A stretch of DNA of 60,947 nucleotides, counting the filler, from Mobula hypostoma (Eukaryota), in the NCBI RefSeq assembly GCF_963921235.1. It is 5 parts of 3 records of this genome, joined end to end, with 100 filler letters (N's around TTAATTAATTAA, not from the genome) between each part and the next. Parts side by side here need not be neighbours in the genome. Positions count along the whole stretch, not along the records: positions 42,960 to 56,764 come from NC_086098.1; positions 56,865 to 60,947 come from NC_086101.1; 3 more parts are not named here. The stretch is one strand, 5' to 3'. The notes below the pieces were generated by a model. It saw nothing but the letters and a program-made list of their open reading frames with translations. It did no database searches and was not told the DNA's origin. Of the stretch, positions 50,625 through 60,947 are shown one piece after another. The position numbers were made by a program, and so were the translations under genes. Each line of letters starts with the position of its first letter. Position 1 is the first letter of the stretch.

Positions 50625-51639
50625 GGGGGGGGGGTGGGGTGTCCTCGTCCACAGCGAGCCGAGCAGGCTGGTAGGAAAGCGGGACTGTAGATCGTGCGAC
50701 GGCCCGAGCTTGGCCGGAGTGGCAGCCTGGCGAGGAAATGGTTAATGTCCCTGGCCGCAATCGAGGCCTCTCGGCCCATTTCCTTTCTCTGTTCCCCCTG
50801 TTCTGTCTCTCCTCAGCCATGCCCAGTCCCTGTCGTTGCTTATGCTGGAGAAGGAGGCTTTTTGGCCTATCACGTCTGCCCGTTCCCCCAAACCATCCGC
50901 ACCAGACACATCAGCAGAAATAGGCCATTCAGCCCTTCGACAATGGATCATGCCCGATTTATTATTCTCTTTAAGTCCCATTTTCCTGCCTTCTCCCCGT
51001 AACCTTTGCTGCTCCTATCTCATCAATAACCTATCAACAACCGCTTTAATTATATTCAGTGACTTTACTTCACAGCCGTCCGTGTCAATGAATTCCACAG
51101 ATTCACCACCGCTAGCTAAAGGAATTCAACCTCATCTCTTCTCAAGGGGTGTCTTTGTATTCTGAGGTTGTGCCCTCTGCTCCTAAGCTCTCCCATTTGC
51201 CTTCCTTGCTACGGACTCAACTTGCAAATTAGCCTTTAGGGAATCTTGCACAAGGACTTTCAAGTTCCTTTGCACCTCCGATTTCTGAATGTCCTCCCAA
51301 TTATAAGGTTGCCTACGTCTTTATTCCTTCAACTAGAGATCTACTTCCTTAGATTGTATTCCATCTGCCGCTGCTTTTCCCATTCTCCTAATCTGTCTAA
51401 GTCCTCCTGTAGAGTCTCTGCTCCTTCAACACGACCTGCCCCTCCACTTATCTTCGTACCATCCACAAAACAAGTAACGTAGCGGGATCAACTCCTATTC
51501 CTGGGGAATACCGTAGTCACCGGCAACCGACCAGACCAAACCTGGCTCCAGCCCAACATCACTCCGTCGGCAAAAATCCAGTCCAGCTCATCCTGTTCTC
51601 CAATGCAACTCAGTATAAGCCTTCGTCTACGCTCATTCC

Positions 51640-52480
51640 TGGGCCCCATCCACTAACCTATGCCTTCCCCTAATACACTCCTAGCCTATACCGAAACAAA
51701 TTCCACCTCACCCTGCCCACAATTTAACCCCAACCCCAATGTAACCCCGAGGCCGCCTCACCCTCTTACACTCATGTACCGTACTCAGTCAACCATGAGC
51801 CCTTTCCAACCCACCATCAACAATATCCACCATAACCCAACCCATCCCCAAGCCGAACCTTTCCCCACTATATCCCAACCCTGATTTCCGCACAGCCACA
51901 CCATCCCACTCTAACCCCAACCCCGACCCAATATTACTGCATCCTACCATGACCTAAAAGACTATTCCGCCTTGACCTGCGCCAAACTCCTGACCCTATG
52001 CCTTCACCGCCCTTCCCCACCCTAATACCACGCCCTCTCAGTGATCTTTCACCCTCCACACCTGACCTTAGACCACCCAATCTAACATCAACCTTGAACC
52101 ATCCTGTCCTTAACCCATCGCCCTGATCCAAAAGCTCTCCCCCCCGCCCTCTACATTCTCCCCCATCACTTTGACCACCAGCATGAGGCTAATGCTTGGC
52201 CTCATCTAACAGTAATCCCCACCCTGACTCTCAAACTCGCCCGTTCGGACCCGATAGCTTCACCATGCTCAACATTCACCGTCCCCCACTCCGACACGAC
52301 TCAATCCACCAGGCTCCATTCCCAGACCCAGCCCTTCAACCCCAGAACCCCCTGTCCAACCCGCTCCACAGAACTAACCCACTGCACATCCCTCACTGGT
52401 ATCCGATATCCTCTCAATCCAACCACCCTACTACCTCCACCCCCAGCTCACCCTTACCTCCACCAGTTCGATTGCCCCGG
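51640..52480. repeat. C-rich, strongly strand-skewed low-complexity tract
   Basis: Dense CCC/CCCC runs with very few G on the plus strand. Confidence 0.6.
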
Positions 52481-54599
52481 CGGTGTCTCGGTGGGGGAGG
52501 GGGTTGATTTCAGGAGGTCCTCAGGGAGCTAGGACCTGCCCCGTGCCAGCCCAGCGGCTCTCTGTCTCTCGCACACAGAGCGCTCTCTCAATGGCAGGCT
52601 TACAGTGACAAGTTGTTTAACGAGCCCCGGGCTGTGTCTATTGTTATCGGGCGGACGTAACCCGCGTCCCTAGAGCCACGAACAAGAGCCGCTTTTCTCT
52701 GCCCTGAACTGTGTTTGTGTCCAATTGTTCTCTGTCCCATTGTCTTGTGCTTGAAGGCGGGCGATTAACGTCCAGCTGTCAAAAGGAGGGTTTGTCTTGG
52801 AGCTCAAGTTTCGCCTCTGCCCCAGTGAAACCCTACTCGCCCCTCCAGCCCACCTGTTCGGCAGCGTCAGGTATCCATCTGACAAGGAACACTGCCAGAT
52901 CCCGGCTCTTCCTTAAATAGGTCACCGCATCCAACAATCGGGGTGGTGGAGGGGGAGGGAAATGGGGGAAGGGGCTACTGGCAGACAGGGTGCGGGAGCA
53001 AAGGACCCGAGACTTCCCTCTCCTTTTGTGACAATCTTCCTCTTTGTTTCTCACCACTTTTTATGAACCTAATATCTCTCTGACTTCATCTTTCGCCTCC
53101 CTCTTTCCCTTTCCTCCTCCTTACAGTGTGCTCCCTCACTGCTCCACCCAGACTGTGGCGCTCCCTCCTCCCGGCACTCACTCTGTCTCTCCTACAGTGC
53201 CTGGCTCCTTCACCGGCCCCTCCCAGACTGTGGATCCAATAGTGCGCGCTGGCTCCTCACCTCCCACAATGACACGATCTGGCCCTTCCGATGTGGCGCT
53301 CCCTCATCGCCCACCCACAACATAGCGCTAATTGCAACTCCCACGGTACGGCGCTCCTTCTCTGACCCTCCCACAGCGCCGCCTGCCCTCTGTCTCTGCA
53401 TCGTGCTTCACATCTTCACTGCCCGTCGCAGGCCCCGAGCTCCCTCTGCCTCTCCCGGAGTACTGGACTCCCTCAATGCCATTACCACAGTACGGCGCTC
53501 CCTCACTGCTCGTCCCACAGTACAGAGCTTCCTCAGTACTGCCCCTTCAACTATCAGCTTCATGGGTTTGACTTGCTTTGACAACTTTAACAAACGAGAC
53601 TGAGACATACATAGAGAGGAAACAAGATTACAGAGAAACGGAGGGAGAGAGCGAGAGGGAGATTCAGAGAGAGGAGGATCGTGAGAAAGAGGGAGAACAA
53701 GAGAGATACAGAGAGCGACAGAAACAGACAGGCAGACAGACGCGGAGTAGCAGAGAGAGAGAGTGAAAGAGAGAGAGAAAGGAGAACGACAAGATAAGAG
53801 ACGGTGAGAGAAGTAGAGAGGAGAACGAGAAGGAGAGAGACGGCGAGAAAGAGAGAGAGAGAAGGATGGGCGGGCACCCTTGTAGCACTGACGGAGATGA
53901 AGGTCCCGAGCAGGGAGGGTGAGACGATCCGTAGAGCAGACTCTGGAATTCGCAACATAAACTGACTCCTGAGTGTGACCGGAGTGTGTAGCCTGGAAGG
54001 GTCTTTTAATGGTGTTACTGCGCAGGGTGACACAGTGCAGGAGGGTCGGTATAGTGGCGGCCTCTGCCCACACAACGCTGGGACTGTCAGCGTGTCACGT
54101 AGGCACCACGTGAGCTCCATACCCACTCAGCACCGTGCTCAGACCGGGGAGTGGGGTGAGGAGGTGGGTGCAGTGGGGCTAGGTTAGAGTCACTGGTTCA
54201 ACCCCGACCGCCAACGCTGTCTTTGTGGAGTTTGCTCGTTCTCACCGTGACCTGTTTGTTTTATGTGCTGCGGATTCCTCCCATATTCCTGAAAAAAAAA
54301 ACATGAGAGTTCGATGGGTTAATCTGCTGCTGCACATGACCTCTGGTACGGGGTTGAGGGGTGAAATCTGGGAGGAATTGATAGAGATGTGTGGAGAATT
54401 GGTTACAGGGAAAAGTGGGGAAGTGGGACTACCGCGCTGGTATCGATTGAGCGGGTGAACGGGCTCTTTTTGAGTTATGAGGATTTGTGCAGAGGGAGGA
54501 GTGCAGCGAGTAGTAGAAAGGGTTTTCAGCTCTGAATGGTGGTGAAATAACGACCAGGCCGCTGTGTGTCTGTCTAATTTGAGAAAGAGAGCGGAGACA

Positions 54600-55200
54600 G
54601 CGGCCATGCGAGAGGAGGGGACGGGGAGAAGAGTGGGGAGTGTGGCGAGAAGTGGCGATGGGGAGAAGAGTGAGAGAGGGAAAGAGGGGGACGGAGGGAA
54701 AAAGAGGGGGAAAGACGAAAGGGAGCAGAGAGAGTGAATGAAAGAGCGTGTGCGTGAGAGAGAATGTAAACACGACTATTGGGAGAGAGACCGAGATATG
54801 ATTGTGAGTGTTTGTGCGTATTTGCGTGCGTGTGTCTGTGTGAGTCTGTGTGTGTGTGCGCGTGTGTGTGTATGAGTGTGTCTGTGTGTGTGTATATGTG
54901 TGTGTGTGTGCCTGTGTTTCTGTCTGGGTACATGTGTATGTGTGTGGAGTTGGAGAGAGAGAGAGAGAGAGAGAGAGGGGAGGGGATAGGGTTAGACAGT
55001 GAACTGACTGAACTAAGGGACCCTCCCCCCCACCCCCACCCCCCGCACGTCACCACCCTTCTCGACAGGCACACAGACTCCAGGACTAGGCAGATACCGG
55101 CAAACAACCTTGATACCCACTACACTGTACATGTACCCCGTCCCCCAACCCCTCCACGCTGTGTGTGTGTGTGTGTGTGTGGTGTGTGTGTGGGCGTGGG
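54600..55200. repeat. (GA)n and (GT)n microsatellite-rich region
   Basis: Direct inspection. Confidence 0.85.
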
Positions 55201-56764
55201 AGTGAGGAGGGGGTTACATTCTGGCCCACAGTTTCATCGAGATAGGTAGAATCAACGCAGTAGATCAGCGGCGGCATGTGGAAGAACCGGATCCTCCGAG
55301 CTAAGGTCAGCCACAGGTCCCGTGAGCAGGATGTTATCTCTCTGGCCGACTCTCCCAGCGCCGCACCTCAGCGACTGGTGGAGCCGAAGTATACAAATAA
55401 CAAGATATATCAGCTGAGGGAAAATAAAAGCGCAAAAATCCGAAACAGATGAAGGTCAATTGGCACCTCGAACTTACTGGATGAGCTGACTGAAATCTCA
55501 GGGCCGCATTCTTGTCTATCTGTGATATCATTACCTTATCAGCAATCTCCCAAAGTTCGCACTGAAAGTATGCAAAGACTGTTTCCACCGAACTTTGAAG
55601 TTCTAAAGGCTCGCAAGGCTCAGAGAGAGAGAGAGAGAGAGAAATATTACATAATCTCTCTTAACTGCAGAATCAGCATAGGAGAATGAGAGAAGATTTA
55701 ATAACGATATGGAAAATTATGAAGGTTATAGACAGGGTAAATGCAAGCAGCCTTCTTCCAGTGAGGCTGGTTGAGACTAGAACGAGAAGTCATAGGTAAG
55801 GGTGAAAGGTGAAATATTTAAGGGGACGCTGAGAGGGAGCTTCTTCACTCAGAGTGGCGAGAGTGTGGAAAGAGCTGCCAGCGCAGGTGATAGATGCGGG
55901 GTCGATTTCAACATTCAAGAGAAATTTGAATAGGTATATGGATAGGAGGGAAATGGAGGGATATGGTTCGGGTGCGGGTCGATGGCACTAGGCCGAATAA
56001 TAGTTCTGCACGGACTAGATGGGCCGAAGGGTCTGCAGGGTTCTATGACTCTTAATGATTTTGTTTCAAATTCGTGCACCATGCCTCCATATACCCATTC
56101 TACATTCTCAACGCTATTAGGTTTCAATCATTCCTCTCTCGTCCTCTGAATGTCTCCGGATTATCTATCTCAGTGCGTCAATCACTTGTTAATAGATCGT
56201 TAAAATAAATATACCTGATTGGGTTACCCGCACTTCACTTCCTCTATAGCTGTAACGCTATTCCATTCTGAGTTTTGTTTTGATGAATTATGTAAGGGTG
56301 ACACGCAGACAAAAGCTCCTCATCGGATCTCGGTACACCTGGCAATATTCCAAGATTTTAGATTCAAGTTTGTTTAATGTCATTTCCAGTAATAATTATT
56401 ATTACTTCGGAACTGGTGGAGCACAAACACACACTGAACTCTGCATTCCCTCCAACCCATAATAACAATTGCCTCCCTCATTTATCAAGAATCGGTCTGC
56501 CCCTCACTTCATTCCAAGGCCCTGCTCCACCGCACTTTCAAGAGAAAAGTTCAAAAAACCTGCACAATAAGAGAGATTAAAATATGATTCATCTTTGTCT
56601 TCAGAGATCGACTCCTTACTAATGAACAGTAACAGACACCCTCATAATAAACTCACTCCGGTACCCACACCTTTTAAACCCCTCAAGGTACTAACGATCC
56701 CATAGCCTGCACACCCTGCCGAATGGGCTTCAGACAACAGAGATGCCGCAAATGCTGGAAATCA

Positions 56765-56864
56765 NNNNNNNNNNNNNNNNNNNNNNNNNNNNNNNNNNNN
56801 NNNNNNNNTTAATTAATTAANNNNNNNNNNNNNNNNNNNNNNNNNNNNNNNNNNNNNNNNNNNN
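56765..56864. other. Artificial assembly spacer
   Basis: 44 N + TTAATTAATTAA + 44 N. Confidence 0.95.
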
Positions 56865-59338
56865 ATAACAGAGTGTGGGAGGAGGGAAGATTACCAAGTG
56901 CATGGAAAGAAGCAGTAGTAATTCCAATAAGGAAGCCCAGCAAGGATCTATCAAAACCCACAACCAGTTGCATTAACATCAAATATATGTAAGATAATGG
57001 AAAGGATGATAACAGGAAGGTTATCGTATGAGCTTGAGAAAAGGGGAATGCTGGCAAGTTATCAGAGTGGTTTTAGAAAGGGAAGGAATTCCATGGACTC
57101 AGTGATTATGTTAGAGACTGAAATAAGGAAGGCCCAGGCAAATAGAGAGTCAGTAGTGGCAGTGTTCTTTGACATTGAAAAAGCCTATGATATGATGTGG
57201 AAGGAAGGATTATTAATTAAACTGCATAAGACGGGGGTTGGTGGGAGAGTTTTTAATTGGATTAAAGATTTTTTGTTTGGTAGAAAAATTCAAGTTCAGA
57301 TTGGATCAGAATTATCAAAACAGTACATAGTGGAAAATGGCACACCTCAAGGTAGTGTGATTAGCCCGATACTTTTCATCATTATGATCAATGATGTCTT
57401 CACAAAGGTACCAGTGGATATAGGTAGGTCACTGTTTGCGGATGATGGGACCTTGTGGAAAAGAGGCAGGAACATGGACCATATAATCAGAAAACTACAA
57501 GGAGCAATTGATGAAGTGGTGGAGGGGGTTATGATTGGGGATGTAGATTTTCGGTAGAAAAAACTCAAACTGTATTTTTTGCCAGGAAAAGAATTGAGGT
57601 AGGGAAGAAGTTAAAGATGTTAAAGATGTATGGGATTGAATTAGAAAATTTCTGGGAGTTGTATTTGATTCACGATTAACATGGGCAGACCATATCAGGA
57701 AAGTTGAGGAGAAATGTAAAAAAGTAATAAATATGATGAGATGTTTGACTGGTAGGGAATGGGGAGCAAGTTGTTCAGCTTTGAAGAGAATGTATGTAGC
57801 TTTATTAAGATCTGTGTTGGACTATGGAAATATAGCATATGGATCAGCAGCTAGGTCTCTTATAAGGAAACTGGACGTGATTCAGTCACAGGCTTTGAGA
57901 GTGTGCAGTGGGGCTTTTAAAATGTCACCAGTGTCAGCCCTACAGGTAGAAATGGGAGTAATGCCTTTGGAACTAAGAAGGATGCAATTGATGGCAAACT
58001 ACTGGGCGAATTTGCAGGGACACAATGATTCTCACCCTACTAAAGGAGTGTTGCAGGAGTGCTGGGAAAATGGGAGGTTTCAGAGGGATAACTTAAGTCG
58101 GGTAGGGAATGATATTGCGAAAGAATGTGGAGTGTTTGATCTAAGGATAAGTCCTTCAGTAGTTTATCCGATTGTAGCTCCATGGCCTGACATAGACTGA
58201 CATTTGCTAGAGGTAAAAAGGAAAGGAAAATATGAAACTGATTTGGTAAATGCATTTAACTGTCATGTGATGGAAAAGTATAGTGATTATATTCACATTT
58301 ATATGGATGGTGCGAAGGAACCTGAAACAGGAGTGACAGGGTTTGGGGTGGTAATACCAGCAAAAGAAATTGGAATCAGCAGAAGAACACCTAATAAATT
58401 AGGGGTGCTTACAGTGGAGATGCTGGCAGTGTTGGCTGCGTTGCGATGGGTGGAGAAAGCTGGACAAGTCAAAGTGTTGATATGTTCAGATTCATCCTCA
58501 GTTCTAGCAAGTTTAAGGTCTTTTCACACAAACAGTCGGCAAGATGTACTTTATGAAGTCCTTCAGTCAGTCACAAGAATTACAAATCAGGGAGGTCAGG
58601 TAAAATTTCTATGGGTTCCAGCACATGTAGGGGTGAAGGGGAATGAGAGGGTAGATGAGTTAGCAAAGAGGGCGTTAAAGAAAGAAAATATAGAAATGCA
58701 CATTAGTATCAGTAAAGCAGAGGTTAAGTGTGTAATCTGGGAAAAAGTCAACCAAATGTGGCAAGAAAGATGGGACAGGGAGGGGAAAGGGAGGCATTTA
58801 TATCAAATACAAAAGAGTGTTGAAGGTACTAGGGTAGGTAGTGGATACAGAAGAGAGGAGACTGTGTGGACTAGGTTAAGGCTGGGGCACTGTGCATTAA
58901 ACAAAACATTGAAAATGATAGGGAAACACCAGACAGGACTGTGTGAGGAATGTCAGGAAGAGGAGTCAGTAGAACATGTAGTTCTGAGTTGTAGGAAGTA
59001 TGGGATACAGAGAGAGATGATGATAATCAATCTAAGGGAATTGGGGGTGCAGGAATTCACATTAAAAGGGTTGCTGGGCATGGGTGAGAGAGCAAAGGTT
59101 GGGGTATTTTTAGCTTTCTTAAGGGGTATAGGGTTTTTTTATAGGATATGACGGATAAACAGGAATAGGGTGCTAGGATGGTCAAAGATGGAAGGATAAA
59201 GTGTAGGTTAGGGTATGTGTGTGTGTATGATTTGGTGAAGGGATTTAGAATATAAGTCTATTGCGCACTCTGGAGCAGAAGGTGGCGGTAATACACCATT
59301 AAGCTGGGTGCCAACTGCTGTAAAAGAAGAAGAAGAAG
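56865..59338 (+). mobile_element. I-clade (Nimb/I-like) LINE: RT + RNase H + C-terminal CCHC, (GAA)n tail
   Basis: RT QSGFRKGR, DIEKAYD, GTPQGSVISP and LFADD. RNase H YMDGAK, SDSSS and WVPAHVGVKGNERVDELAK. C-terminal RLRLGH...CEEC...EHVVLSC. Tail AAGAAGAAGAAG. Confidence 0.9.
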
Positions 59339-59364
59339 TTTCCTCACAATTAATATCTCTGATA

Positions 59365-59743
59365 ATGCCTGAAGTGAGCTCTGAGGGTGTAGCGCTTAAA
59401 AAGGGGCCAAAGAGAGCAGCCACTAAAAATGAAAGGTGAATGAAAGGTGAAAAGAAATGTAAAATGGCGAGGAAACAGAGTTACAGCATCTGCATCTACA
59501 AAGTATTGAAGCAGGTTCACCCGGGCACAGGCATTTCTTCTTCGGCCATGAGCATCATTAACTCATCTGTCAATGACATCTTCGAGTGCATCGCCTGTGA
59601 GGCTTCCCGCCTCGTCCGATACAGCAAACGGCACACCATTTCATCCCGGGAAATCCAGACCACCGTCCGCCTGCTGCTGCCGGGAGAAGCACGCCGTCCC
59701 CGAAGAAACAAAGGCAGTTACAACGTACACGAGCTGCAAATAA
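59365..59743 (+). pseudogene. H2B: Histone H2B pseudogene
   Basis: MPE...KKG N-terminus and [14 protein letters not shown]...[14 protein letters not shown] core. There is an in-frame TGA at an ~11-nt duplication, and an ~8-nt deletion shifts the KHAV...AVT.YTS.K* C-terminus. Confidence 0.9.
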
Positions 59744-59770
59744 ATCCTCTGTTTCATGCTACTTAATCCA

Positions 59771-59806
59771 ACGGCTCTTTTCAGGGCCACTTAATGAGAA
59801 AAGACT
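59771..59806 (+). terminator. Histone 3' stem-loop plus purine-rich downstream element (HDE)
   Basis: AC-GGCTCT-TTTC-AGGGCC-AC matches the replication-dependent histone hairpin. GAGAAAAGAC follows about 8 nt later. Confidence 0.8.
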
Positions 59807-60456
59807 TACGCTTCTGTTTTTGTTGGCGACAATGTGGATATGGATAAAACTTACTAGATTGGTTTGAACTCTGTTCAGACCATTTAACCACTTTAACCCC
59901 ATGTGAATTTGCTCTAATTCTGATTTTTACAATAAAATAGTTACATTTGTTTAAGCTCCTGACTGGAAAATTATCTCTTTTTAGACAACATTGCTTAAAG
60001 GATGAAATCTTTCAAACGTTTACCACCATCCTCTACAGATCTTACCTAGGGATCCACTGATTAAGTACAATTCCTTCAGTATTCATGATGGATCAAATAT
60101 ATAAAGTGACTTCCGTCAACATCTTTTTCCCTTTAGTTTTCTTTGACTCCCTCCCATCTCATAAAACTGGAATCTAACGAAAGAATGAAATTGCAGAACA
60201 CAATGTGAATAATGGAACAGGAGAGGCAGCATGCACTTAAGAAGGAAAATCATGCTTGACTAATTGGAGTTCTTTGAGGTTGTGATTAGTAGAAAGATTA
60301 GGAGGAACCAATGCTTTTGTTTGTAGAAGGCTCTCAGTGAAGTCCCGCACTGGAGACTGGTGAACAGTTGTAGAACACACCGGATGAAGAGTTAAAGCAA
60401 CACTCACAACACACTGGAGGAACTCAGCAGGTCGGGCAGCATCTGTGGAAATGATC

Positions 60457-60492
60457 GGTCGACGTTTCGGGCCGGAACCCTTCGTCAGGACT
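60457..60492 (-). ncRNA. Minimal hammerhead ribozyme core in a short PLE-derived repeat
   Basis: Minus strand AGTC-CTGACGA-AGGGTTCCGGCCC-GAAACGTC-GACC. Confidence 0.65.
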
Positions 60493-60947
60493 GATGCTGC
60501 CCCACCTGCTGAGTTCCTCCAGCGTGTTGTGAGTGTTGCTTTGACCCCAGCATCTGCAGAGTATTTTGTGTGTGCGGACGAAGAGGTAAATAGTTCCCTG
60601 TCATCCTCCTTCCCCCACCCCACTCCCGTGTTAAATAGTGGGGTCATATTTGCTATCCTCAAATTAACAGGGATAACTTCAGCATCTATTGGATTTTGGA
60701 AGATACTTCAACAGCCAAGTCACAAAAGTGTGAACTGCAGATTGTCAGGCCCTTTGCAATTCTTCAACATTTTGACTTGTCAACTTTGCTAGTCCTGTTT
60801 TTAAACTAATACTAAGTTCTGCATTTCCCCACACTGGTCAGACCCTTGATCTCCAGTATTTCTTTTTTTATTCAAGTTCAACTTCAACGGTCATTCAGCT
60901 ATCTCATGAATACAGCCAAACGAAACAGCTGGAGCCTAGGTGCAAAA

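Noticed and set aside
53408-55249. Long ORFs (221, 179, 177 and 156 aa) upstream of HAPLN2
   Set aside because: They are translations of GA/GT microsatellites and low-complexity DNA, with no domain signature.
59440-59766. Functional N-terminally truncated H2B variant
   Set aside because: There is an upstream in-frame stop, a frameshift removes the conserved C-terminal helix, and the promoter is replaced by a LINE.

Overview
This window looks like cartilaginous-fish genomic DNA, probably a ray (inferred from the repeat families). It is five contigs joined by four artificial 100-nt spacers (44 N + TTAATTAATTAA + 44 N). Most of the sequence is transposon debris: CR1, Penelope-like elements carrying hammerhead ribozyme cores, Rex1/L2-like, Tx1, an I-clade LINE, Gypsy, tRNA-SINEs and a piggyBac-like MITE. 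Two multi-exon genes can be reconstructed by splice phase. (1) On the plus strand is a non-rearranging antigen-receptor-like gene: leader (29920-29956), a germline-joined VJ exon (30868-31245) and two Ig-type C1 exons (34121-34438, 36860-37186). No RSS and no transmembrane exon were found, so it may be secreted. (2) On the minus strand is an intact HAPLN2 (5 coding exons, 356 aa). The window also holds a replication-dependent histone H2B pseudogene and two orphan signal-peptide exons (9702-9756 minus; 21873-21939 plus) whose downstream exons are unresolved. The main candidate for a new system is the L-VJ-C1-C1 gene. It lies next to HAPLN2, a marker of the human 1q21-23 MHC paralogous region, although that linkage crosses an assembly join. 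All calls were made by eye; no database searches were run.
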